DNA of 64,000 nt, taken from contig CAYUMU010000009.1 in NCBI GenBank assembly GCA_964445985.1, forward strand, positions 27,954-91,953, written 5' to 3'. This document shows positions 20,254 through 30,251 of the stretch, in pieces. This stretch comes from an uncultured Pirellulales bacterium. Its GTDB lineage: Bacteria > Planctomycetota > Planctomycetia > Pirellulales > S012-138. Numbering within the stretch: the stretch's first letter is position 1; each line of letters starts with the position of its first letter. A program made the translations under genes and the position numbers. The notes under the pieces were generated by a model. That model made no database searches and was not told where the DNA came from. It was given only the letters and a program-made list of their open reading frames with translations.

Positions 20254-20520
20254 ATGCCCCTGACTCGTCCGCCAGAAAATGCCTGCCCGGGCGCGAATGC
20301 CACCGCTGGCGTGCCGTGCCCTTTGCAGTGCAAGTACAATCTTTTCCAGCGGGGTGAGTTGCGGATCGATTCCTGGGAACTGAAGTGCAGCGACTGCGGT
20401 TACCGCGTGACGCAAGCTTGCCGGTCGGACGAGCCTGAACTGAACCCAGATATCGATCCGGCCCGCTGTCCCTGGTGCGGATTGGAAGGAGCCAAGCCGG
20501 GCCTGAACCCGTGCGGCTAG
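20254..20520 (+). CDS. Small Cys-rich zinc-ribbon protein, hypothetical
   Basis: 88 aa with CPLQC, CSDCG and CPWCG pairs. Starts 33 nt after the kinase stop on the same strand. Confidence 0.45.
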   Translation: MPLTRPPENACPGANATAGVPCPLQCKYNLFQRGELRIDSWELKCSDCGYRVTQACRSDEPELNPDIDPARCPWCGLEGAKPGLNPCG

Positions 20521-20623
20521 GTGGCATATTTTCGTGGCATGGCTTCCGTGGCTTGGCCGTCCCGGCCATGAATCCGCGCCGTGCTGCCAGTCATCGATCG
20601 ACTGCCAAACGGGGTTCGGCTCC

Positions 20624-21403
20624 CTAGACCAACAAGGCATCGACGCCAGTCAATGCCGCCCCCAGTCTCTCGGGCAAGACCATGCTAGCCAGACCATCCA
20701 GCGGTGTCGGCTCATCGTTGACGATCACCAGCCGAGCCCCATGTTTGGCCGCCAACTCTGGCAGTCCGGCTGCCGGGTACACCACCAGCGACGATCCCAA
20801 GGCCAGCATCACGTCGCACTGCTTCGCGTAGTCGGCGGCTCGCTCGAGTACATCGGTCGGCAGGCTTTGCCCAAACGAAATCGTGGCGTGCTTCATCCGC
20901 GGTCCGCCACACTCCCGGCAGATCGGCACCCGGTTCTCCGCCAAGAACTCCTCCACCAAAGGACCGGCCGGCAACCTGGCATCGCAGTCCAGGCAGCTTA
21001 CATACTTGGCGGTGCCGTGCAGTTCCAGCACTTCTTGGCTGCCAGCGTCTTGGTGCAGGCCGTCGATATTCTGGGTGATTACGGCGGCTAACCGCCCGGC
21101 CGCTTCCCATCTCGCTAGCACTTGATGGCCGGCCGAGGGCTTCGCGCTGGCAAAGCTGGCATGGGCTTCGGCCTTTTGTGCCCAATAATCGTGCCGCCGC
21201 TGAGGGCTGCGCAGGAACTCATCGAAAACCACCGGCTGATGCCGAGCCCAAACGCCGCCGGGCGTGCGGTAGGCCGCCAATCCCGACTCGGTGCTGATGC
21301 CCGCCCCGGTGAACGCCACCGTGCAGGCCGACTCCGCCAGCCACTGGGCCAGTTGCTTCAACAAAGGTCCGTAAGCAACCATCTCGCATCCCCCTAGAAA
21401 CAC
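20624..21403 (-). CDS. cobB: NAD-dependent protein deacylase, Sir2 family
   Basis: GAGISTESGL, YRTPGGVW, ITQNIDGLH, ELHG, two CxxC zinc pairs (CLDC, CREC), GSSLVVYPA. Confidence 0.92.
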   Translation of the reverse strand: MFLGGCEMVAYGPLLKQLAQWLAESACTVAFTGAGISTESGLAAYRTPGGVWARHQPVVFDEFLRSPQRRHDYWAQKAEAHASFASAKPSAGHQVLARWEAAGRLAAVITQNIDGLHQDAGSQEVLELHGTAKYVSCLDCDARLPAGPLVEEFLAENRVPICRECGGPRMKHATISFGQSLPTDVLERAADYAKQCDVMLALGSSLVVYPAAGLPELAAKHGARLVIVNDEPTPLDGLASMVLPERLGAALTGVDALLV

Positions 21404-21410
21404 GGATCAT

Positions 21411-21453
21411 CACCAGCAACCGCCAGTCCCTAGCCACCAGCCACTAGCAACCC
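21411..21453. repeat. Heptanucleotide repeat, C-strand form (..tccctag ccaccag ccactag caaccc)
   Basis: In the divergent cobB/OMP intergenic region. The 5' part is degenerate. Confidence 0.5.
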
Positions 21454-21795
21454 TTCCGCTCGCAACGATTTTAACGGTTTTGCGGATTTGGTGGGGAAGG
21501 CAGAGTTTGCCGGCCGATACAAGATTTGAGCCCCGCCCCCCCACTGGTAACGACGCTTTCTCGGCATCGTTTTTGGGGGAAAACGGGCGGCAACTCCCAT
21601 TTTCAATCCGTTCGAGGGGACGAAGCGGACGCATGGACGTGGCCGCTTTGTCCATCGATCCAGCAAGGTTCATTGAGCCGACTAGCTTGTGCACTCGCGA
21701 CTGCCGGGCGATGTGGAAGGGGGAAATCCACATCGCCCGGCGCGAGTAGCGCCCCCCTTTTGCAACGAGTCACCGCCCCCTCCAGGAGAAGACCT

Positions 21796-22920
21796 ATGAG
21801 AGCTCGAATCGTGGCGTGGTGCCTGGCACTTTTGGCGTTGCCTACTTGGGTGCTGGGGGCAGACACTCCCGCCAAGTTCACCTCCTACCGCGACATTGAA
21901 ACCGCCTACCATTCGCAGTCGGCCGAACTCAATGAATTGCGCATGCGGCTGGCTTCGCTCGAAGAGGAAGTGACCTACTCGGCGCCTCCTCAGGCCAGTT
22001 ACATCGACGGCAATTACGCCCACGGCGGCGGTTCCGGTTGCTGCGAGCCGTGTGCGTGCGAAGCGTGCTGCTGCGAGCCGGCTGCCATGTTCTACGCCGG
22101 CGTGGAAGCCGTATGGCTCAAGCCGCATTTCCGCTCGGCCGACGCCTACGTTCGGTCACCGGACCCTAACAATGCGATTTTTGCGCCTTTTGACTACGAC
22201 TTTGAAATTTCGCCGCGCGTGTGGCTGGGCTACAAAGCCGCCAGTGGCACGGGGGCTCGCGTTCGCTACTGGCAGTGGGATCACCTGGCCGCTTCCGCGG
22301 CCGCCGTGGCCAATCCCGGCGAGGAGCTGTTTGCCACCGCCCAGTTTATTGGGCTCGACTCCGACGGGATTGGCGGACAAGGCACAGCGGGTGTCTACAG
22401 CACCCACGCCCTGGATTTGGAAACCATCGACCTGGAAATGACGCGAGACCTGTGCGTTGGCGTGTCGATCATCCGCTTCGCCGCGGGTATTCGCTATCTC
22501 GACCTGGGACAGAAATATAATGCCTATACATTCGGCACCGCCCCCGTGCCGATCGAAGCGTTGCAGTATACGCAAGACTTTGAAGGCATTGGCCCCACGT
22601 TTGGACTGGAACTCGGGCACGACCTGGGTTGCAGTTTTTCGTTCTACGCCATGGCCCGCGGGTCGGTGCTGTTTGGCAATCGCAGCGATCAATTGACGCT
22701 CACGACGATTGGTCTTCCGACAGCGAATGCCATTCGGTCCAAGGCCGACGAGATGATCACGATTGGCGAAATTGGAATGGGTTTTGAAGCCAACTTCGGC
22801 GGGATCTTTGCCCGAGCGGGTTATGAAGGCCAGATCTGGTTCGATACCGGCACGCCCAACTACGGCGCCGGCAACATGGGCCTGCACGGGTTCAATGTCA
22901 CCAGCGGCGTGATGTTCTAA
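21796..22920 (+). CDS. Outer-membrane beta-barrel protein (BBP7 / Lpg1974-like) with N-terminal coiled coil and Cys cluster
   Basis: ATG 21796 preceded by AGGAGA. Signal peptide MRARIVAWCLALLALPTWVLGA, cluster GCCEPCACEACCCEP, alternating beta-strand pattern, C-terminal ..NVTSGVMF ending in Phe. The track ORF starts at 21526. Confidence 0.75.
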   Translation: MRARIVAWCLALLALPTWVLGADTPAKFTSYRDIETAYHSQSAELNELRMRLASLEEEVTYSAPPQASYIDGNYAHGGGSGCCEPCACEACCCEPAAMFYAGVEAVWLKPHFRSADAYVRSPDPNNAIFAPFDYDFEISPRVWLGYKAASGTGARVRYWQWDHLAASAAAVANPGEELFATAQFIGLDSDGIGGQGTAGVYSTHALDLETIDLEMTRDLCVGVSIIRFAAGIRYLDLGQKYNAYTFGTAPVPIEALQYTQDFEGIGPTFGLELGHDLGCSFSFYAMARGSVLFGNRSDQLTLTTIGLPTANAIRSKADEMITIGEIGMGFEANFGGIFARAGYEGQIWFDTGTPNYGAGNMGLHGFNVTSGVMF

Positions 22921-23083
22921 GCCGCGAGCCGACTTCGACCAAGAAACGGGGTGCCATGTTTACGCCCCCGGCGTAAGCATGTTGCCGAACCACACAGCAG
23001 CCAGCGTGAAACCGCTCGGCTGCTGTTTCGTTTATCAACTCCCCCTCCCCAACTCCGAATTCCGAACTCCGCACTTCCCAAGG

Positions 23084-25132
23084 CTATCCCAGCTCCGCCC
23101 CCAGTTCGCTTTGGCAGGCCGCAAAAATCTTTCCGTGCGTTTCGCGGGCCTGGTCCTGGGTGAGCGTTTCTTCGCGGCTTCGCAGCGATACTTGGAACAG
23201 CACCTTCTTCTTGCCGGCGGCGGCCAGTTTTTCGGTGCGATAGGTTTCCTGGTAGCTCACGCCTTCCAATAGCGCGCCGCCGTGTGTGCGGACCAGGCCG
23301 GCAATTTGAGCCCAGCGGGTATCGTCGCTGACCACCAGGTTGATGTCTTGCACCATCGCGGGGTAATCCGAGTTCTTGGCGTACTGAGGAATTAACCGCG
23401 CGGCCGCCTCGAGCACGCTCAGCTTTAGTTCGGCGCAGGTGGTCGCCGATCGCAGCCGGAATATCTCCAGGCCTGTCGGGCTGACTTCGCCCAGGAACCC
23501 TAGCAATTGGTCCCCCAACCACAGTTCGGCCGATCGCTCCGTGAACAGGCTTTGCCGCGTGTCGCGAAGTTCCAGCGGCATTGCGCAATGCAGGTCGGCC
23601 AGCAGCCCCTCGATGGCGGCCTTCGCATGGAAGAAATCCCCGCCCGAGCAAAGGCCCACTAGGGTGGCTTCGTCGGGAAGATCGCCTGGCCGGTTCAAGT
23701 AAACCTTGGCCACTTCGAACAGTTCAATTTCGGTATTGCCTAGGCCCTCGTTGGTGCGTCGCACGCCCAGCAGGCTGGGAACGAGACTACGCCGCAGCAA
23801 GTCAGCCCCTTTGATGATGGGTGTGGGCGTTTGCAGGGCCGGTTCCTTGGTCCAGGGGCTGAAGGCCCCCGACCAACCTTCCGAAACCGCGCTCAGGGTG
23901 AGGATCTCGTCGAAGCCTGCGACATTCAGGGCCTTGCGGACTCGTTCCAGCACGCGATCCCGCTGCGACCGATGGCTGCTGGCCATGGGCACCTGCACGT
24001 CTTCGGGGATTTCGTGGTAGCCGTGAATCCGCGCGACTTCTTCCACCAGGTCGATTTCGCGCGTGAGGTCGCGCCGCCAGGTGGGAGCGACGACGGTGCA
24101 GGTTTCGGCGGTGGGCTGGTCGTCGAGCCGATTGCCCAGGGCCTGCAAGATTCGCAGCACCTCGTCGCGATTAATCTCGATGCCCAAGATTCGTTTGAGC
24201 TGCGAGAACCGCAAGGTGACCTTTTGCTGGGGCACTTCGCGGGCGCCAACATCGACCACGCCCGCCGCCAGTTCGCCGCCGGCCAGTTCCAGAATCAGCT
24301 CGCAGCAGCGCCGGCTGGCCCAATCCACGCCGGCCGGGTCCAAGCCTCGAGCGAATCGGAAGGACGAGGGGCTGAACAGCTTCAGCTTGCGCGAGGTGTT
24401 GCGGATGGACATGGGGTTGAATTCGGCCGCTTCGATCAAGAGATCGACCGTGCCGGAGCTGATTTCGGTGCTGGCCCCGCCCATCACGCCGCCCAAGCCA
24501 ATGGGGCGCTTGGCGTCGGCGATCACGCACATGCCCGGTTCGAGCTCGTAGGTGCGATGGTCGATGGCTTCGAGCTTCTCGCCCGCCTTGGCTTCGCGGA
24601 CCACAATCCGCTTGCCATCCAGACGTTGGTAGTCGAAGGCGTGCAGCGGCTGGCCGCACTCCAGCATCACGTAATTGGTGATATCGACAATATTATTGAC
24701 GGGCTTCCAGGCCGAGGTTTCGCCCTGGCGCACGTCGTTGTACTTGAACAGCGCCGCTAGCCGGTTAACCATCCACTCGGGACTGGGGCCGACCTTCACG
24801 CCGCGAATTACTCGGGCCGTGTACCGGGGGCAAAGGTGAGGACTTTGAATCTCGACGGAGGTTAGCTCGGTGACCGGCGTTTGGCCTTCTTTCGGTTTGG
24901 CGGCTGGGATCTTGAGCTCCTGGCCGAACAATACCGCCGCCTCGCGGGCAATGCCGATATGCCCCAGGCAGTCGGGCCGATTGCTGGTCACTTCCAAATC
25001 GATGGCAATTTGGCCATCGATCTTCAGTGTGTCTTCGTGATTCAAACCGGCCATCATCAACCGGTTCTCAAACTCGGCCACCGAGATGTTCAGCCGGACA
25101 TATTCGTTGAGCCAATCCCAAGAAACGATCAT
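23084..25132 (-). CDS. pheT: Phenylalanine--tRNA ligase beta subunit
   Basis: MIVSWDWLNEYV start, B3/4 and B5 domains, C-terminal FDX-ACB domain (..QVSLRSREETLTQDQ..). Confidence 0.95.
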   Translation of the reverse strand: MIVSWDWLNEYVRLNISVAEFENRLMMAGLNHEDTLKIDGQIAIDLEVTSNRPDCLGHIGIAREAAVLFGQELKIPAAKPKEGQTPVTELTSVEIQSPHLCPRYTARVIRGVKVGPSPEWMVNRLAALFKYNDVRQGETSAWKPVNNIVDITNYVMLECGQPLHAFDYQRLDGKRIVVREAKAGEKLEAIDHRTYELEPGMCVIADAKRPIGLGGVMGGASTEISSGTVDLLIEAAEFNPMSIRNTSRKLKLFSPSSFRFARGLDPAGVDWASRRCCELILELAGGELAAGVVDVGAREVPQQKVTLRFSQLKRILGIEINRDEVLRILQALGNRLDDQPTAETCTVVAPTWRRDLTREIDLVEEVARIHGYHEIPEDVQVPMASSHRSQRDRVLERVRKALNVAGFDEILTLSAVSEGWSGAFSPWTKEPALQTPTPIIKGADLLRRSLVPSLLGVRRTNEGLGNTEIELFEVAKVYLNRPGDLPDEATLVGLCSGGDFFHAKAAIEGLLADLHCAMPLELRDTRQSLFTERSAELWLGDQLLGFLGEVSPTGLEIFRLRSATTCAELKLSVLEAAARLIPQYAKNSDYPAMVQDINLVVSDDTRWAQIAGLVRTHGGALLEGVSYQETYRTEKLAAAGKKKVLFQVSLRSREETLTQDQARETHGKIFAACQSELGAELG

Positions 25133-25155
25133 CGGATGGAAAAACCTGTGAAGAG

Positions 25156-25190
25156 GGGCTGGTGGTTAGGGGCTGGGGACTGGTAGCTAG
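25156..25190. repeat. Heptanucleotide repeat TNGCTGG-type x5
   Basis: gggctgg tggttag gggctgg ggactgg tagctag, in the divergent pheT/SDR intergenic region. Confidence 0.6.
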
Positions 25191-25328
25191 CCACCATGAT
25201 AGACTTCCTCCCCATTGAAGCAAAGCCGGCTCGGCTGGTAAGTTAAACCGCCATGTTCGAGGGGAATTGCTCGCCGGCCCCGCCATTTCAGCATCAGCAG
25301 CTGACCCATTCCAATAGAAAGGACCATC

Positions 25329-26021
25329 ATGGCAGCGGAAGCTAGCCGCACCATTGTGCTCACGGGCGTTAGCCGCGGCTTGGGACAGGCCATGGCCGAG
25401 GGGTTTATTGCGGCAGGGCATTGCGTGGTTGGCTGCAGCCGCAGCGAATCGGCCGTGAAAACGCTGCGCGAAAAGTGGCCCGCTCCGCACGATTTTCAAG
25501 TGGTGGATGTGGCAAACGAGGCCCAAGTTGCGGCCTGGGCCAAACGGGTGTTGGCCCAATTTGGCGCCCCCGACTTGTTGATCAATAACGCCGCCATCAT
25601 TAACCGCAATGCCCCGGTTTGGGAGATTTCGGCCGAGGAGTTCGCGGAGATCGTGAATATCAACATTCTTGGCGTGGCCAACGTGCTGCGGCATTTTGTG
25701 CCGGCCATGGTGGATCGCCGGCAGGGCGTGATTGTCAATTTTAGCTCCACCTGGGGACGCGTCACTTCGCCCGAGGTGGGACCCTATTGCGCCACCAAGT
25801 TTGCCATCGAAGGGCTCACCAAATCGCTGGCCGCCGAGCTTCCCGACGGCATGGCGGCCGTGCCGCTCAACCCGGGCGTGATCAATACCGAAATGCTGCA
25901 AAGCTGCTTCGGCAGCGGAGCGGGCGCTTACCCCACGCCCGACCAATGGGCTCGACAGGCGGTTCCCTATATTCTTGGCCTGGGGGCCAAGGAGAATGGC
26001 CAATCCGTTTCGGCGCCTTGA
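25329..26021 (+). CDS. Short-chain dehydrogenase/reductase (SDR)
   Basis: VLTGVSRGLGQAMA, NNAA, catalytic YCATKFA. Confidence 0.9.
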   Translation: MAAEASRTIVLTGVSRGLGQAMAEGFIAAGHCVVGCSRSESAVKTLREKWPAPHDFQVVDVANEAQVAAWAKRVLAQFGAPDLLINNAAIINRNAPVWEISAEEFAEIVNINILGVANVLRHFVPAMVDRRQGVIVNFSSTWGRVTSPEVGPYCATKFAIEGLTKSLAAELPDGMAAVPLNPGVINTEMLQSCFGSGAGAYPTPDQWARQAVPYILGLGAKENGQSVSAP

Positions 26022-26077
26022 TTGGGGGGCCATGTTCGCTACCGGTTATTCGCCGCACTTCCCACAGGATTTCGCAG

Positions 26078-26974
26078 ATGAACGAAGCCTCGCATGCTTC
26101 TGGCAATTCCTCCAGCAATGAGCCCGAGGGCGCAGCCTGGGGGCCGCTCAATGGGTATCAGCGGCGCGTGGCGGCCGCCATTGTGGAAAAGGCCAAGACC
26201 ACGCCGAATGCCTACCCCATGAGCCTGAACGCCATCCGCGTGGCCTGCAACCAAACCAGCAATCGCGATCCGGTGATGGAGCTGGACGAAGACCAGGTGC
26301 AAGAAACGCTCGATGAGCTGCGCGAGAAGAATATTGTGCTCGAAGTGCATGGGGCGGGTCGCGTGCCCAAGTACCGGCACATGCTGTACGAGTGGTTGGG
26401 CGTGAATAAGCTGGAAATGGCCATCATGGTGGAGCTGCTGCTCCGCGGCGCCCAGACCGAAGGCGAGTTGCGCAGCCGCGCTGCCCGCATGGAAACCTTT
26501 CCCGACTTGAACGCCCTGCGCGTGGTGCTCGAAGGGCTCAAGGCTCGCAAGCTCGTGATCCCGCTCACGCCCGAGGGTCGGGGGCACATGCTCACCCATG
26601 GGTTATATGAGCCGCGGGAAATGGAGCGGATTCGATCCAACTACTCCCACGCCGGAGACCCTTTGCCGGTCGGTGGAGCGGTGGCTGGCCCCGAGCCGAC
26701 CGTGTCGCGTGCGGTAGCGAATTCTCCGGCCCCTGCGTTTTCCTCAAATTCCGCCAGCGCGGCGCCAGTCAGTGCGGCTCGCGGCTCGGCGCCCGTGGGC
26801 GAGGCGGCGGCTCTGGAAAAGGCGCTGCGCGCGGCCACCGAAGACCTTCAGGCCAGCCAGCGAGAATTGCAGGCTCAAGTTCAAGAGCTACGCGGCCAGG
26901 TAGAAGAATTACGCGACCAATACGAGCGGCGGATAGCCTCGTTGGAGCGGTTTCGCGACGATGTGGGGGGCTGA
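26078..26974 (+). CDS. yceH: YceH/DUF480 family protein with C-terminal coiled-coil extension
   Basis: NAYPMSLNAIRVACNQTSNRDPVM and LLLRGAQTEGELRSRAARM match E. coli YceH nearly residue for residue. Trimmed to ATG 26078; the track ORF 25787 overlaps the SDR gene. Confidence 0.9.
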   Translation: MNEASHASGNSSSNEPEGAAWGPLNGYQRRVAAAIVEKAKTTPNAYPMSLNAIRVACNQTSNRDPVMELDEDQVQETLDELREKNIVLEVHGAGRVPKYRHMLYEWLGVNKLEMAIMVELLLRGAQTEGELRSRAARMETFPDLNALRVVLEGLKARKLVIPLTPEGRGHMLTHGLYEPREMERIRSNYSHAGDPLPVGGAVAGPEPTVSRAVANSPAPAFSSNSASAAPVSAARGSAPVGEAAALEKALRAATEDLQASQRELQAQVQELRGQVEELRDQYERRIASLERFRDDVGG

Positions 26975-27203
26975 GAGGTCCATTCGCCAGTCGTTGCTCA
27001 TTCAAACGGGCTTTTCAGAAACATCGACTGATGTGTTGCATTTTGTGTGAACTGCATTACAGTCAAACCCATGCTGCGCGGTCATAACAACACGCGGTTA
27101 AGCGACCCCGGTCCGTGTTGGTCCGGGGAAATCGAACGGAGCGACGTACGGCATTGGCCCGTAACGATTCGTCGAACCCCACCCCCTAGGAAACGAGGAC
27201 ACC

Positions 27204-27758
27204 ATGAAAAGAATGACGACCCTCTGTGCGGCCGTGGCCCTGAGCTTCTGTGCCACCGTGGTTGCCGAAGAAACCAAGTCCGGCTTGCAGCCCGGCGATG
27301 CGATTGGCGCCTTCGACGTGGTCAAGGTTGCCGGCGCCGAAGCTGACGGCATCGCCCTTGGCAAAACCCTGTGCTACCGCTGCAAGTACGGCTCCCGCCC
27401 CATGGTGATGGTCTTCACCCGCAATCCCGAAGAGGTTTCGGGCCTGATCGCCAAGCTGAACTCGGCTGTTGAAAAGAACAGCGGCAAGCAGCTCAAGGCC
27501 TTCGTCAACGTGCTCGGCGAAGATCGTGACTCGGCTGAATCGGCTGCCAAGAAGCTCGGCAGCAAGAGCGACGCCGTGCCCGTGGTGGTGCCCGTTGAAT
27601 TCGAAAACGGCCCCGGCGACTACGGTCTGAACGCCAAGGTCAACACCACGATCATCATCGCCAGCGGCAGCAAAGTGCAAGCCAGCCACGCCATCAACAC
27701 CGTGGATGACGCCGCCACCGCCAAGATTTTGGCCGACGTGGAAAAGCTGGTGAAGTAA
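27204..27758 (+). CDS. Secreted thioredoxin-fold-like protein with CxxC (CYRC)
   Basis: Signal peptide MKRMTTLCAAVALSFCATVVA. GKTLCYRCKYGSRPMVMVF. Followed by a strong terminator. Confidence 0.7.
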   Translation: MKRMTTLCAAVALSFCATVVAEETKSGLQPGDAIGAFDVVKVAGAEADGIALGKTLCYRCKYGSRPMVMVFTRNPEEVSGLIAKLNSAVEKNSGKQLKAFVNVLGEDRDSAESAAKKLGSKSDAVPVVVPVEFENGPGDYGLNAKVNTTIIIASGSKVQASHAINTVDDAATAKILADVEKLVK

Positions 27759-27823
27759 GCTCTTTTTGAGCGAATGGCGGGCGATTGAACTCCCAGTGCC
27801 TCGCCCGCACATCGATTTTCACC

Positions 27824-27867
27824 GAGAACCGCGCTTTCAAAAGTTGGAAGCGCGGTTCTCTTTTTTT
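27824..27867 (+). terminator. Rho-independent terminator
   Basis: 13-bp perfect stem gagaaccgcgctt / aagcgcggttctc, 11-nt loop, then TTTTTTT. Confidence 0.8.
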
Positions 27868-27942
27868 GATTATGCTGGTGAGATTGTGCCACCAGAGCGC
27901 AAGTCAAAGCTGACCCCCTGGTTCTTTTTCAAGAGACGGTTC

Positions 27943-28779
27943 GTGACCACGTACGTACTGCGGATTGACTGCCCCGATGAAAAGGGCCTGGTCTATAAGA
28001 TTACCGGCGTGCTCTATCATGCCGGCTATAGCGTGATCAGCAACCAAGAGTACGTGGATCCGTCGAGCCGTCACTTCTTTATGCGAACGGCGTTCGCCGG
28101 CGCCACCTCGCCCGACAATCTCGTGGCGTATCTCAAACAGATTCTGCCGGCGACCGCCGACGTGCGCCTGACGACCTCCGCCCCGCAACCGGTCGTGGTG
28201 ATGGTCACCAAGGAGCCGCATTGTTTGGGCGACTTGCTGGTGCGGCATGCCTATGGGGAGCTGCCGGCCATCATTCGGGCCGTGGTTGGGAATTACGATA
28301 CGCTGGCCCCGCTCGCGGAACGTTTCGGCATCCCGTTCCACACCATTTCGCATCGCAATCGGGATCGCGAGACTCACGAGGCCGAGTTGTTGGAGGCGCT
28401 GGCGCGGTACGAGCCGGAATACATTGTGCTCGCCAAGTACATGCGGATTCTCAGCCCCGCCTTTGTGGCGAAATATCCCGAGCGGATCATCAACATTCAT
28501 CACTCGTTTTTGCCGGCGTTCGTGGGCGCCAAGCCGTATCATCAGGCATTTGAGCGGGGCGTAAAAATCATCGGCGCCACGGCCCATATTGTGACCGACG
28601 ACCTCGATACCGGCCCGATCATTGCCCAGGGCGTGCAATCGGTGGATCACTCGCAGACCGCCGCCGACATGGCGCAGGCCGGTCGCGACGTGGAAAAGAT
28701 CGTGCTGGCGAAAGCCCTACGGTTGACGCTCGAAGAACGCGTGATCCTGCACCGGAATCGGGCGATTGTGTTCGAATAG
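27943..28779 (+). CDS. purU: Formyltetrahydrofolate deformylase
   Basis: ACT domain (LRIDCPDEKGLVYKITGVLYHAGYSVISNQEYVD) plus formyltransferase domain (IINIHHSFLPAFVGAKPYHQA, HIVTDDLDTGPII). The track ORF begins at TTG 27766 but that would span the upstream terminator. In-frame GTG 27943 gives 278 aa. Confidence 0.88.
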   Translation: MTTYVLRIDCPDEKGLVYKITGVLYHAGYSVISNQEYVDPSSRHFFMRTAFAGATSPDNLVAYLKQILPATADVRLTTSAPQPVVVMVTKEPHCLGDLLVRHAYGELPAIIRAVVGNYDTLAPLAERFGIPFHTISHRNRDRETHEAELLEALARYEPEYIVLAKYMRILSPAFVAKYPERIINIHHSFLPAFVGAKPYHQAFERGVKIIGATAHIVTDDLDTGPIIAQGVQSVDHSQTAADMAQAGRDVEKIVLAKALRLTLEERVILHRNRAIVFE

Positions 28780-28801
28780 CAGTCATGCGCTGCTCGCATG
28801 T

Positions 28802-29845
28802 TTACTTGTCGAGCTGATTCATCACTTCCTGGGCTTTCAGCTTGACGCCCGCGGGAAGGTGGGGCGCATCGCGCAGTCGCTGCACGGCTTCGCGAATCTG
28901 CGCGCGGTCGAAATCGGTCTTCGCGGCCAGCAGTTGTTCCACCGCCCGCAGGCCGTTGACCTGGATCAAACTGCGTTTGTATTCTTTGGCGGCATCTTTT
29001 TCGTTATCGAGGCCGGCGCGCTGCTCAGGGTCCAGCATATCGATCAACACCGGCGCCGCAGCCAGGTTGCCCATGCGGGCCAGGCCCGTGGCCGCATTGA
29101 AGCGGGCATCGATATTGGGTTCACGAAACACGTCGGTCATGGCCACGAGCTGCTTTTCAGCTTCGGCGCCGCCGTAAATTCCCAAGGCAAAAGCCGCGCG
29201 ATAGCGCACGCTACCCTCGGGCTCCGATGGTTGCGAAGCGAGTTCCAGCAGCGTCGCCAACAACCGGGGGTCGGCAAAGTCTGGCTGATTTTTGCGAATG
29301 TTGTCGACGAGCAGCGCGAGCGCCTCGATTGCCGCTAGCCGCACAATGAGTTGATTCTGGTTGTCGCCCGAGGGGGTTGTCGCCACGGTCATGAGCACCG
29401 GCAGACCGGTCGGCACTTCAAACTCACCAAGTGCCTTGCACAAGAACACGCGGAACTGGACTTCATCGACGGTAGCTGGCTGATCGGTGCTGCCCAATTC
29501 TCGGCCCAGTCGATCACTTAGAAGCTTGGCCACGCGACCGGCCACTTCTTCGTTTTTGCGCAGCTCGGGGCGGCCACGCAGTTCTTGCACAAAGTCGTGG
29601 GCACGCTGCCAGCTATTGGCCGCGCCGCGTTCCATGTCGTCGAGATAGGATTGCGGATTGCTGCCGAGGTGGACCAGCCAGTCGAAGGCGAATACCACCG
29701 ACACCACCACGCTCACAATGATTGCCGGAACGACGAACAGTTTGATGATGAACCCGGCACTGGGCGGCTCCACCGGCGGCAAGAGATCGTCGGGATAACT
29801 CGACTGGGAGCGGGGGGGTTCGGGGGGACGGCTGGTTTCCGACAT
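28802..29845 (-). CDS. Membrane-anchored HEAT-repeat protein
   Basis: MSETSRPP.. then TM helix FIIKLFVVPAIIVSVVVSVVFAF and HEAT-like repeats (VRLAAIEALA, VRYRAAFALG, ARFNAATGLARMG). Trimmed from track ORF start 30487 to ATG 29845. Confidence 0.75.
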   Translation of the reverse strand: MSETSRPPEPPRSQSSYPDDLLPPVEPPSAGFIIKLFVVPAIIVSVVVSVVFAFDWLVHLGSNPQSYLDDMERGAANSWQRAHDFVQELRGRPELRKNEEVAGRVAKLLSDRLGRELGSTDQPATVDEVQFRVFLCKALGEFEVPTGLPVLMTVATTPSGDNQNQLIVRLAAIEALALLVDNIRKNQPDFADPRLLATLLELASQPSEPEGSVRYRAAFALGIYGGAEAEKQLVAMTDVFREPNIDARFNAATGLARMGNLAAAPVLIDMLDPEQRAGLDNEKDAAKEYKRSLIQVNGLRAVEQLLAAKTDFDRAQIREAVQRLRDAPHLPAGVKLKAQEVMNQLDK

Positions 29846-30251
29846 GCTCGCGCTTCTTTGGTGTTGGTGGAATGGCGGAGGACGCGCGGGGAGGTTAGTT
29901 TCTTGCTCGTTATCATCTCTGCAAGCTGCGGAGAACTTTAATGCCTCAGTGTTCGTTTGCGGTTTACCCGCGTTAAGTATTTTCTCCGCGGTGGTTACGG
30001 AGAAAAATGTTTGGCAATCTTGCGACCTACCGCGGTTCCCCTCGTCGGCATACACTCGCAGGCCGGCAGCCCGTACATTTGTGGAAACCCCGCGCTCGCG
30101 CGCCAGGGTGGTTTCTTCCCGCTTCCATAAGTTTAAGAGGTACCGGAGAGCCGTCAACGTGCGCCCCCCACCCGACGTGGTCGCGGCGGCCCGCATTCGT
30201 TCGATTCTGGGCCATTGTTTGGCAGATTTCCGTAATTCTCGCTCCATCACC

